From contig OZ037767.1 of the NCBI GenBank assembly GCA_964035545.1, forward strand, positions 3,610,507 to 3,674,506: a stretch of DNA of 64,000 nt, written 5' to 3'. A program made the translations under genes and the position numbers. Shown here one piece after another: positions 1-12,900 of the stretch. The notes beneath the pieces are model-generated. The model did not search any database and was not told the DNA's origin. It saw nothing but the letters and a program-made list of their open reading frames with translations. Each line of letters begins with the position of its first letter. The first letter of the stretch is position 1. Origin of the DNA: Bugula neritina (taxonomy: Eukaryota; Animalia; Bryozoa).

Positions 1-966
1 ATTGGTTTTATTTATTTAGCGTGTGATAACACAATACAACATAAACACACACACACGCACGAACACACACGCATGGACACACACACACTCTAGACTCTAC
101 AGCTCTGATTACATTACAAACTTTACAATAGGTTGAGCCACTATGAATCGTTTTGAAATAGTTAAAAAATATTTATAGTTCTTTTTCATACTAAACCATA
201 TTATTTTTAACCAAAATAATTATGTGTTAGCTTATTCCAATTCTTTCGCTCCACATTATGTCTCTGTATTTAGCTGAAGCCAAATGTACTTCACTATATT
301 TCGTACTAAAGTCACATGACCTACATTTCATTTCTTCATGATTTAAACTGTCAAATTGATTGACCGAAAAGTTTGAATTACTAATGTCTTTCTTGACTAC
401 TCGATGTCTAGAATATAAATACATAGAGCTCTTCAACATTTACTTGCATACAATTTGAAGGTACCCGAGGGCTACACGCCAACTGTGGTAATTTCACCCG
501 CTTATCCTGCTCTCCTCTTATCGCTACTTCAATCTATTTTTATTTGAAAATTTTGTGAAAAAGTTTCGTAAATAATTTTAGGTTTTGTACAAAAGTGCAG
601 GCAGCATGATAAGCCTGTGTGGTGATTGTGAAAGCATTGGCTGTTATTCGTGAGATTTTTAATTAAAATATGTTATGTTAAATGCCTAATCTGTTCCTCT
701 AATTGTATCCTTAGTTGCATACTCATAGATTTTTAGTATTTTTAAACTTTGTGTTCACTAAGTATAATGTGTAAGGTAAAGCTTATTGAAACTAGCATGC
801 TGCATGTATCAACTTAAGCTTCAGCACCAATTACTAACAATAGCTAAGAAAACTTTGTTCAATTTAATATAACCAATCATATAGAGTTAACAGAAGAGTG
901 TGGACTTTGCTATCATCTGTTACGGTGCATTTAGACTTTTCCCTGAGTGGTTGAGTATCCTTTTAG

Positions 967-3900
967 GTTGAATACGAGACGTTGCCTAGCCCGTGTTGTT
1001 GCCCAATAGTGAAAAATAAATGCGGGGAGATGCCCGAGTCCCGACTGACCAACAAGTTCTGGGCATTGAGATGTTTCTCGTACAGATTGGTTGAGCATAA
1101 ATACTTTGAGGGATTTATTATTGTGTGTATCCTTCTTAGCAGCATGTCCCTGGTTAGTAGAACTTCCCCATTCAATTTACCATATAGTATATGTTATGTA
1201 ATCTTATATTATGTGTTATGTATATATATTATATGTAATCTATACGTTGTATTATGTTATATATTATGTAATCTATATTATATGTTATGTAATGTATAGT
1301 GTAACTTATATTATATGAGATTAGTATATATTACATTCACCGGGTTTCCATGGATCGATCTCAAATTGATCTCAGCGAGATCGATCCATGGAAAGCCGAT
1401 GTATATCTATTATATAGATTAAAGTATATATTATGTAATAACATGAAATATATATAAATATTATAGTTTATATTACATATATTACATAATAGATAACATG
1501 ATATGTTGCATAGATAATATATTATACTATATATATTATATTATATACAAGATTATATCAAAATTCAATATATCTAAAAATTCTTATAATATACGAGTAT
1601 GAGCTAAATTGTAGTTATTAAAAGTTTAATCTACAAATTTCAAATAATTTTATTTCAAAATTTTTAAGCCATAGGCAGTTTTGCTACATTGTACAAGAAA
1701 TGTATGACTATAGTCATACAGTAATATAAGAACATAACTGCTAACTCTACCAGCCAACTATTAGCTACAGCAACTAACACAACTAATGTATATCTGATCA
1801 TGTAAATTATAATTATGTGTTTAAGGCTTTGGAGGATATCTATCTAGACCAGAGACCAATACTGAAACTCATTCTCAACTACATGGACAAAATATTTAGT
1901 GGAATATTCATTTGTGAGATGTTACTGAAGTGGCTGGCGTTCGGCTTTCACAGATACTTCACAGACCCGTGGTGCTGGTTAGATTTTGTCATTGTCGGCG
2001 TAAGTATGATTTTTAGTGTCTGTTATTTTTGCAGGAGGCGGTTTTTTTGCTAGTCTTAAAATACGTAGAAATAATGGCCAATATTAGTGTGCTCTTGGTG
2101 TGCTACTTATACATTTGTTATGCCTTGTGCAGTTGAAAAGCTCTCTCTCAACTATATAATTTATATACTGGTTAGAATTGTATTGTCTTACAACTTCAGA
2201 AATTGCAAGCTAGGTTGATATGAGTCATTTCATATACCTTGCTACTTTCAATTTACTCACAAAATTTGTTTAAAGTTATTTATAGAAAGACAATATTGCT
2301 GTAGGTATTGTAAAACATTCATAGATGCAAGAATTTGTTTTTTGTTGCTTACAAATTTATATCTATCAGGCCACAGTTTGAATGACTCATTCACTCACTC
2401 ACTCACTCACTCACTCACTCACTCACTCACTCACTCACTCACTCACTCACTCACTCACTTGCTCACTCACTCACTCACTCACTGGTTGACTGAGTCACTC
2501 ACTGGCTAACTGACTGAATGAGTGATTAACTGATTGAATGACTCAGTGACAGCATGGTGATACTAAATGTTCAGTGAATTTTTGTTTCAAGATTTCCATC
2601 TCCGGACTGATCATGGAAAGTCTGGGTCTGGGAGGTATAAGTGCATTCAAAGCCATGAGAACTTTAAGAGCTCTGCGGCCTCTTAGAGCTGTTTCCAGAT
2701 GGGAAGGAATGAGGGTTTGTTTTTTATTTAATTGCCAAATTGAGAACAGAAAGCTGCTAGTTTCTTGAATGTTATTGGAAACTCATCAATTCTAATGCAT
2801 TTCTGTTTGTTTCAGGTGTAGATGTAAAGCATGTACAATAAATTTATACATTACTATGTTTAAATATAAACATTTTGAGTTACTGAAAAGTAAGGTTTTG
2901 TATAATTTATTTAATATTCTAGTTGATTCTCGTCTAGCAAATTAAGTAGCTTGTACTAGTTATGCTTCTCAAAAAAGACTTCACCAAACAACCTTTCTTT
3001 TAGTTTCAACTCTTAATGAAAGAAGAATTTAATTCACAACCCAATTCATTTGTTTGTCTGTCATTTAAAAACCATAGTTTGTATATTACCCATAGCTCTA
3101 AGTGTTATCAAAGCAAAGATTTTCAAATTAAATACTACGCTGTTTGTAAGTTGATATTCAAACAATTTTACAACATTTTATTGCTATCTCACACCGCTTT
3201 AGTTTACTGTGGTATATCTCTTTGATTTATCATGTAGGTAGTGGTGAACGCACTCATACAAGCCGTGCCATCTATTAGCAATGTCCTTCTCGTTATTCTG
3301 ATCTTCTGGCTCATCTTTGCTATCATGGGTGTCAACTTTTTCTCCGGAAAATTTTACAAGTGTGTTGATGCTGAAAACCGCTCGCTTCATGTCTACTACA
3401 GGTAAGTGGAACAGTTGGGTGTAAAGTTATCTAAATAAATGAGAAGTTATCTTATCATGTTAATTCTATATGCAGCAAGCTGGAGAATATCCTATATATA
3501 TTACATTACATATATAGTAATATAGTAGCATTACAGTATTCTTTACCTTACTTGAGAGTAAACATTGGATGAAAGGGCTTTCTATATTTCATTTACAACC
3601 AGTATAAAATCATCAAATCTGGTGAATTATTTTAGTCACTGATTGAACATGTTTTTTTAGGTACGATAAGTCACTATAAGGATGTAACAAGAAAGATTTT
3701 TTATTGAAATTAGCTTAATTTTAGCTATTTTAGTAGATGAGACCAATTCATGAAACGAGTTTAAACTGCTGACCTAATATATGTCAGCAAACACAACAGC
3801 TGCTTCGTAGTTGTATAGAGCCATAGATTTGCTTTTCTATTGATGATGATGTCAGATATGCTACTTTCTAGCACAGATATACTCTTTGTATGATGCAAAG

Positions 3901-6900
3901 TACTAATTCAGTATATTTATACACTCTCTGTTCAGAGGCATAGGTAATGACTCCAATTATGTGGAGACGGTGTTAGGTGTGACAAACAAAAGTAACTGTG
4001 AAGATAAGGTGGATAGAGGGTACAGATGGGTAAACTCTCCAATCAACTTTGACAGCGTGCCTAACGCGTACCTCGCTCTACTCCAAGTGGTTAGTTTACT
4101 TAGCTTTAGCATACTGAAGCTAAAAATACATCTTTGCTTTTCTGTATCTAAAACAGAAGTTGTCTCCTTTATTTTTAATGCTTGTTATTTTTCTAGCACA
4201 TTAGGACTGTAATAATTGTTAATATGCCTTTTTTGAAAAAACAATGTTTTGCCATTATGTAGTTTCAATCATCAACCATGCAAGCAGTGGATATAAACTA
4301 GTATTTCAGGCTACATACAAGGGGTGGATTGAGATAATGGCTGATGCGACCGACATCACGGATGTAGATCAAAATCCTGTGTTTGAAAGCAAGCCGCTGT
4401 ACTACATCTACTTTGTGATGTTCATCGTGTTTGGATCTTTCTTCACCCTCAATCTGTTTATTGGTGTCATCATTGAGAATTTCAATGCTCAAAAGAAAAA
4501 AGTAAGTCTTTTACTCTGTTTTGAAAAACATTTCAGGGCAACACAAAAATTAATTTCTTTTTATTGAATGTTGAAATTAAATCAATTTTAGATAAATACG
4601 TAAGGACTTGAAATACCTTGTTAGTGTCTCGGTATAATATTATAAATATTTTTGCCATATCAGGGCAACACACAAAATAATTTGTTTGTCAAATGTTGAA
4701 ATAAAATGATTTTTTTCTGATCAAAGTGTTTTACATAAAAATATATAGTAACTTGAAACACTTGGATGGTGTGTCAGTATAATAAATAACTATTATTGTA
4801 AACTTAATGGCTGTTGGTTAGGAGTTATAGCTCTTTAATATTATTATGTTTCGAAAAATTTACTTTTCCCTTTTATTGATTAATTTTTATAACAGAGTCA
4901 GTTAGACAAAAATGAACTTTACAATTTAGCTTCAAGTTCAAATCCAAAAAATGAAGTGCTGCAGAGAAATGTAATCTATATTTTTGTCCTTTCAGTATTC
5001 TGACTTAAAGCATTATGTTATAGCAATTTTTTCTACACTTTACAGTTAGTAACAATATTATCTACAGTTAGTAACAATATTATCTACACTTAGTAGCAAT
5101 ATTCACTATTGTCACACTCATACCAAATGTGAAAGCATTCAATAGCTATCCAGCCACTGACCCTGTAATTTCAGATATAATTTCTGGGTTTTATAAAGTA
5201 AGTTTTAGTTTTACGAAACACCTACTCCAATAGGCTTTTTTTCTAAAAGCTTATAAAGTAAATGCATCGAAAAATGCATATAGGTTCACACACACTGGCA
5301 TTATTTTAGCTGAAAGCTGATTTATTCAACTCTACAGAATACATAATTACATTAAAATTTTATGTGCATCTTATTTACTTAAAAATATTTATAAAATTTA
5401 TAGTATGGCAATCCATAAATTTAACTATGGCCACTTTAGAAGTTGGTGCATTTCTACGCTATATTTTAAAAATTAGAATGCTGCTGTTACTGCTGCCACT
5501 GCTGTTGGTTTTTATATATTGTCTGTTGAATTTTTGCTCTGCTCATCTTTCTAACTTTTAGTTTAGCATTTTGGTTTAAAGTGCGTCTGCTTTATCTAAA
5601 ACATCCACTGAAAACTTCTCATTAAACCTGGCATTACCAAGACACTGTACTTCTGCATTTTCCTTTCCTTCTATTAGTTATGAACATTTATTACAAACCT
5701 TTAATAATCATTACTAGCAATCTCTAGTCATTATATTACTAACCAATGATATTACTATTAATAATCGCTACTAGCAATTAATATTTATAACTGGTTATTA
5801 TTAGTCATTACTGGGCATTACTAATCAGTACTGAAAATTACTAGTCATTATTAGAAATTACTAGACAATACTAGACATTACAAGAAATTATTAGACAACA
5901 CTAGACATTACTAACTATTACTAATCATTACTTTTTAACTGCAGTTGCATCGCAGAGACTAGCACTAGTTCTTCTGCATCATTGCTCTGATTTCAACTAT
6001 ATTACATATGTAAATTTTGTCAGAAATAACATTTTACTTTATGTTGTCTCTTTTATTCTTTTCCTTTTAGTCTGCGGTTGGTATTTATAAATGGTGTACT
6101 GACATTAGCTAGCAGTAGATACGCTTTGTAGTGCTTAGATATTCATCAAATACTCGTGCATACAGCTCTAGAGCAGTGTTAATTTTAACATTTTAGTTCA
6201 CTATTAATCAGTGTTACATCTAGATTCCAACTAAGTTTTGCAAAAGTAAAATACATATCAGATATACAAGTTCAGTTATCTAATTTACTCATTAAATCAG
6301 TAAAAATATAAGCTTCTAGTCAAAATTTATATCCGAATCTCTAATATTGGGCTTCATATTTTGAAATGCGGTTAATCATGGATTACTTGCGTATTCGGGA
6401 TATAAAATTAACTCCATTATAAAGTTGATTATTGCAAATAGTTTATAGTTTTCACAAAATGTGAAAAGAGAAATGTTTGAGAAGGTTTTTATTGTGAATA
6501 TGCTATACAATATTCATATAAAGCACATATCTATATGATTTAGTATTCAATAATGTTAAATTGCTTGTTCTTTCCATGCAATGTTAATGCAATTTGAGTT
6601 AAACTCTGAAACTTTTCTGCCATGCTGATTGATCCTACTTTATATTCTCATTCATTCAGGACTCAGAAGTATGTAACTGTTGTATCACATTAAATTAATC
6701 TACATTGTTGGGCTGTATTTAATATCTATTAGTTACTACAATTAAATATTCTATATTTTCATTTAAGCATACAGTTACTCGCACACACATAGTAGAAGCT
6801 TTGCTTCCACTACTATTTCGTGCAAGTTATGATTAAAAAACGTAGAAAATATTCACTTAATAATTGCATGTTTATCTAATATTATGTTATAAAAATAATA

Positions 6901-9900
6901 TATGCTTTGAAATATTTATAATATTTTGTTCTGTTTTGGTGAAACTTATAAATTTATGCTTGCCTGGGTTCATTTTAACTTATTTAGAAGATAAATTTAT
7001 TTCATTAAAGGAATGTGTTCTAATGTTATTTATAACTGTAATAATGCATGTTTATCATACGTAAAATGTTGAGACTGTAAAACACATCTGTACATAGATC
7101 GTAGATAATGTTGCCTGACTATTGTAAACTTGTTACTGACCAGGTTTTAAGGTTTAGGTGAAAAGGTAAGAGTTGAAATGGTAACTTGGCATATTATAAT
7201 GAATCACCATTAAAGTCCGCCTTTTGCAGGATGGGTTTTGACAGGTTAAACAACAAAATTAATATTTATACAAACCAAATCGTTATGGTATTTTGTTGGT
7301 GTTGAGCATTTGTTTTGAGGAATTTGTGTTGCAGAAAAATTAAAATTTGGTGTCTTCTAGAAATTTTGAATCATCAATTATTCAGATTTTTCACAGCAAC
7401 ATAAGTTTTTGCTGGTGATTTAATTTTTATGTGTGTTTATGCAATGGATTTGCAAGATGCTACTTTTCACTTTCAATAATTATTTATTTTGCTTTACTAG
7501 AAATATTGATAGTTCCATATGCCTTGTCCCTAAAAGTAAAAACAACAGAAATAGTTGTATGGGATTAAGAATGAATAAAGTTTGTTTATTAAATGTTATA
7601 GTTAAAGTCACCTATAGTGATACAATACGGTTTGCAGTATTGAGCCATGTATTACAAAAATATTTTGATATAAATTGTAGGAAAGTATATCATTGTTGGA
7701 AAAGTTGTATCCCAGATGATAACTATGTTTTACATAATATATTAGACATACATATATACTTTTTTCATATTTCATATAAATTGTGCATTGTATAATATGC
7801 GTGATATAATATAAATTACATATCATAGTTAAGAATAGAATGACTAGCTGTTTAGGCCGAGTTCAACTGCATGTTTTAAGCTTGTGGAATTTCGCTAGAC
7901 CCCCCCCTCCCTGAGAGTTCTAGCTGAGTTTATTCTTACTTTACTGTTAACAGGCAGGCGGCTCTCTGGAAATGTTTATGACTGACGATCAGAAGAAGTA
8001 TTATAATGCTATGAAGAAGTTGTCTTCTTCTGGCCCTGCAAAAGCCACACCCAGACCTAAGGTATACCTGCACACCTCTTAATTATTCGGAGATTGAATT
8101 AAATTCTTTTATTTAAATGAAAATCCTTTATATGTATTATTTTATATATCATTTATGTTTTGCATATGTTGATGAAATTATTAAGGTATTTTATTTGTTA
8201 TATAGACATTATATGGTCTTTGAAAGTGACATTGTTTATGTAGCTCTCAATATCACCACTAAATAACATTAGAATATATCATTCAAAGCCACAAAATAGC
8301 CTTAGTAATTAATACATATCCATAGCCTTGCTCCTGTGTACTTCATACCCATTACATTCATCTGTTTAGTGGGGACCCCAGGCCGCCATCTTTGACTTCA
8401 CGATGAACCAGAAGTTTGACGTGGCTATAATGATATTCATCATGCTGAACATGATCACCATGTGCGCCGAGTATAGCGGCCAGCCTGACGAATATACTGA
8501 GGTGTGTGTCTGTATCGGAGTTGTGCTCTCTATTTCATTACCTTATACGTCATTTATTCTGAAACTTTTGTATTAGATAACTATAAACTGTTGGCTATTA
8601 GTCGTGTCCTAAAAAATTAATATAGCAGCAATTTCTTTCGTTTCTTTAGGGTATTTTATAAGTTTGCTCAAAAATTGTTGGCTAATGAGTCATTTTGTCC
8701 ATTGTAATTTAATGTTAGTATATTGTTCATGATGATTTCTATGGAATCAGACCTTCACCTTAGTTGTGTATTACCTATTATTTCACTCAAGTTGTAGTTT
8801 AGGACTAGTTTGTACCTTAATGTAATAAATTACCAGTTCCTATTAGGATAACACTATTATGTCTGTGATATTATGCGCCACTGAAGCTGCTATAGTGTGA
8901 TATGGTACAGTTATAATGTAATATTGTGTTGATATTACTGCTGCTATAATATTGCTGTATTAATTATAATTTTTTATTGTTGTATCATTGTGCTATTATT
9001 GTTGCACTATTTTGGTAATATATTATTGTACTATAATTATTGTGTTATTTGGTTAAGCCATTATTGCAATATTATAATTTTACTATTTTGTTAATATATC
9101 ATTGCGATATTAAATTTATTCTATTTCCTTAACATATTACTGTATTAATTCATTGTTTTTGTTATTCTTCTATAATTGTAGATTCTTCAATACGTCAACA
9201 TTGTCTTCATAGTTGTGTTCACTCTAGAAGCTGTCCTTAAGATTATTGCTCTTCGTCATCACTACTTCACTTTTCCATGGAATGTCTTTGACTTTGTTGT
9301 CGTCATAATCTCTATATTAGGTAATTATGTCATACTAATGTCATAGTAAATTGTGATGTCACAATTATCTCACAGTAAATTATTATGTCACAATTATGTC
9401 GTAGTAAATTATGTCAGTTATGTCAATTTCCTGGAATTACCTTTAAAACTTACTCATTACACTGTGCAGTATTATTTAATTTAGCATTACTTTAGCATTA
9501 CTCTAGCATTGCTATACTATTATTTTAGCATTATTCTAATATTACTCTAGCACTACTTTAGCATTATTCTAGCCACCTTTTTTAAGTGATTTCCTCTAGT
9601 CTTGCAAACCTTACAGCTTTTAAAAGGTTAAATTTGTTGAGTATTTTAGGATATGTATCTCCTGTCATTATTTCACCTGCCTGCAAGAGGGGGGGGTTGA
9701 ACCCCTTACAGGCAGGTTTGAACCCTTATGCTATCTAACCATATAGTAATGCGTACCGGCAACCTTTTATACAACACTTTCTGAAAGTTGCTATTTCACC
9801 CCATTAACTTTTCCTTTTGTATAAGCATTCAAATCATACCTAAATTAGACAAAATATTGCCTTTTGAAAACTAAAATCTGAAAAGTTTTATCTGACTAAA

Positions 9901-12900
9901 AGGTTATATTTTTATCGCATTTCATTGTATGTTAAGAGAAAAAAAGTTAGACATAGTTGCATGAAGAACAAACAGTATTAACAAGACCTTTAGTGTAGTA
10001 ACAATAGATGTGGCCAAGGAACCAAACCAATATTGTATAATTAGAATTTTACTATATATTACAAGTTTCCTTGTATTTGTTCAGGTTTGGCTTTTCAAGA
10101 CGCAATTGAGAAGATCTTCAACCTATCACCTACAGTTCTAAGAGTAGTTAGGGTATTTAGGGTTGGGCGTGTATTACGTCTCGTAAAATCTGCCAAGGGA
10201 ATAAGAACTTTGCTATTCTCATTACTAGTATCTTTACCTGCTTTGTTTAATATCGGGCTACTACTTTTCCTCGTCATGTTTATCTATGCTACCTTTGGGA
10301 TGGCCTTCTTCGCGAATGTTAAAAAAATGGCTGGCATAGACCAAGTAAGTTGTTTTCTTAAAATTTTTATAATCAAAGTACTATTCTTGATATCAAAGTT
10401 TTTTAGAACAAAGACTAGTAACTAGTAGCTTACTATTTATAGGTTTTGGTGAAATTTCATAGCTGTTTCATTTTCATATAGTTATTAGTACTAAAGTTTG
10501 TTCCTCTCCAAAAACAGCTTTAAATGTCGTGTTTCAAAAAGCTTAAGAACACTTACATTAATAAATTTGACTGCTTAAATAGTTTGCAATCAATTTTCTA
10601 AGATTTCCTACAGGCTGAGACAACGGAAAAAGTGATTTCGCTTTTGATTTTAAAATGTTATTGTGTCTAAATGCTTCACTGCTTGCAATTGTATTTATTT
10701 TTATTTTTGTTAATCAGACATACTTGTTTATCAGATTCATGTACCACATAATTATATACCATTTGATTTTTTATTCTTTTATTAGGTTTTTAATTTTGAG
10801 ACATTTTTCCAAGCATTAATAACGCTGTTTCAATGCACAACATCTGCTGGCTGGAACAACGTCCTGGCTGCCATAACTAATACAGAAGACTGTAAGTTTC
10901 ATCTTAGAAATAGAAATAATGAGTACACAAGTTTGTGAAGCCCCCATTATCTGTTATATCGTTGTTATACTTTCTGTAGACAGTACTGCATTATATTAAA
11001 GCAGTAGATGGGTTGATACAAACATAAAATATGAAATAATTTTTTTCAGTTTTGATAAATTCATTGAATGATGTAATCTCATTACTATGAATTTGAATCT
11101 GCCCCTTTTTGTCTACACTATTTATATTCAAATCATGCAATTTATAAAAGTATACACAAATATGCACACCAATTATATTCACAGAGTTAATTTATTACCT
11201 AAAATTTTCTCAAAAGTATCAGATATTTCGATTTCCAAAGTTGTGTTTTGTTCATGAGAATGCTATAAAGCAGCATTAAACTTATGTACATAAAATATCC
11301 TGTGCAATGTGTATTAGCCTTGGATTGTACGTTCGTACAGGTGTAGAAGATGTGGACTGCGGGAACGCCCCCCTCGGTGTTGCGTATATGGTCACCTATC
11401 TGCTCTTTACCTTCCTTGTCATCATCAACATGTACATTGCAGTCATTCTTGAGAACTTCAGTCAAGCCACTGAAGATGTACAGCAAGGTATGTATGTTTC
11501 TCTAAAGACGTGTTTACAACCTTTTATACAGGCCTTTAAAAAAATCCCTGACACACTTAGTTTATGCAGGATTAAAGTATTCATGTATATGAGTATTCTA
11601 GTTTAAACTTTGCACTTTCAAGTCGTCTCAGCTATTAAGTTGCGTATTTCAGCAGCTAAGAATAACATGCAATGAAAGTCAGCCAAAATAACCATCAGTT
11701 TTGTATTACCACAGATTTTAGAGTCGACTGGAAATGTCATTAGCGAGCATTGGAAGTCCCAAATTAATTCAAGACATGTTCACACAAAAATTAATATAAA
11801 ACCAAATTGTTTGAGCATACAACTCCTAAACAGTCTGTAGATGTCTAGATGATAGCTAAGATATATGTGAATATTTCATCACTGTATAAATAAAATGTTT
11901 TAGTAGCTGTTAGGCTATCTATATCACTGTATATCACTGTTTAGGAGTTGTCTACTCCTAGTTGTTATTCAATTGATGTCTAGAGGTTGTGGACTTTAAC
12001 GGCAGAGTATGATATTTTCTGTGTAGGCATAACGCAAGACGACATTGATATGTACTATGAATTATGGGGAACGTACGACCCTAAAGCTACTAAATACATT
12101 CAAGTAGACAAATTGTTTGATTTGGTTGACGAGTTGGAAGAACCGCTGCGAGTAGCCAAACCCAACTACTTCAGATTAGTCATGACGGACATACCTGTGT
12201 GTAAAGGGGATAAAATACACTGCAGCGATATCCTGGACATGCTTACTCGGCTTTTCCTCAAACAAGATTTTGGTAAGCGAAATATTTCTTGGTAATTACT
12301 ATTTGATGATAAAAGGTCAAAAGTGGGAAAAAACAAATTTCTGTGGGTATACATGTGTGTGCGTGCGCGTGTGTGTGCGTGCGCGTGTGTATATACATTA
12401 TATAAGTTGAAATATATTTCCTAAATTGTTGCAAAGCATATGTTTTTATTTATTGGGTTGTTTTTATGTTGATTATTTGAATATAGCTTAAATTCTTGAA
12501 CATAATGCAACCTAATAAATAGACCATAAGCTATATGTGAGCCATATAAAATATTTATAAGTACTTTTACCTGCATAACGCATAATATCAGTGTGCATAT
12601 TATACCTGCAACTTTAGTTCTAATTATTCAGTATAATGAAATTGCTTTCAGAGCCCGAGAACACAACTCCTGGAGGTAAAAACCGCCACTTGCACTGATT
12701 GCTAGTTATCACCAATATAGCTTATAATTCTAATGATTCCACTGCAGTTGTAGACATTCGTGTTTATATATTATGTATATATACATGATATGTTATATTT
12801 AGATATCATACTTTGTACAAAATGCACCTTGCGTTATGATTTTCCTACTCCTTCTAACATTATAATTCGTAGTCGGTTGTTGTTTGATGTGACTAACTTC

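Noticed and set aside
4495-4510. AT-AC intron, as I recall at this position in vertebrate SCN genes
   Set aside because: The intron here is ordinary GTAAGT...CAG.
7222-7250. 15-nt poison microexon (GAT GGG TTT TGA CAG) in the Nav linker intron
   Set aside because: Short pyrimidine tract and weak donor; not distinguishable from chance.
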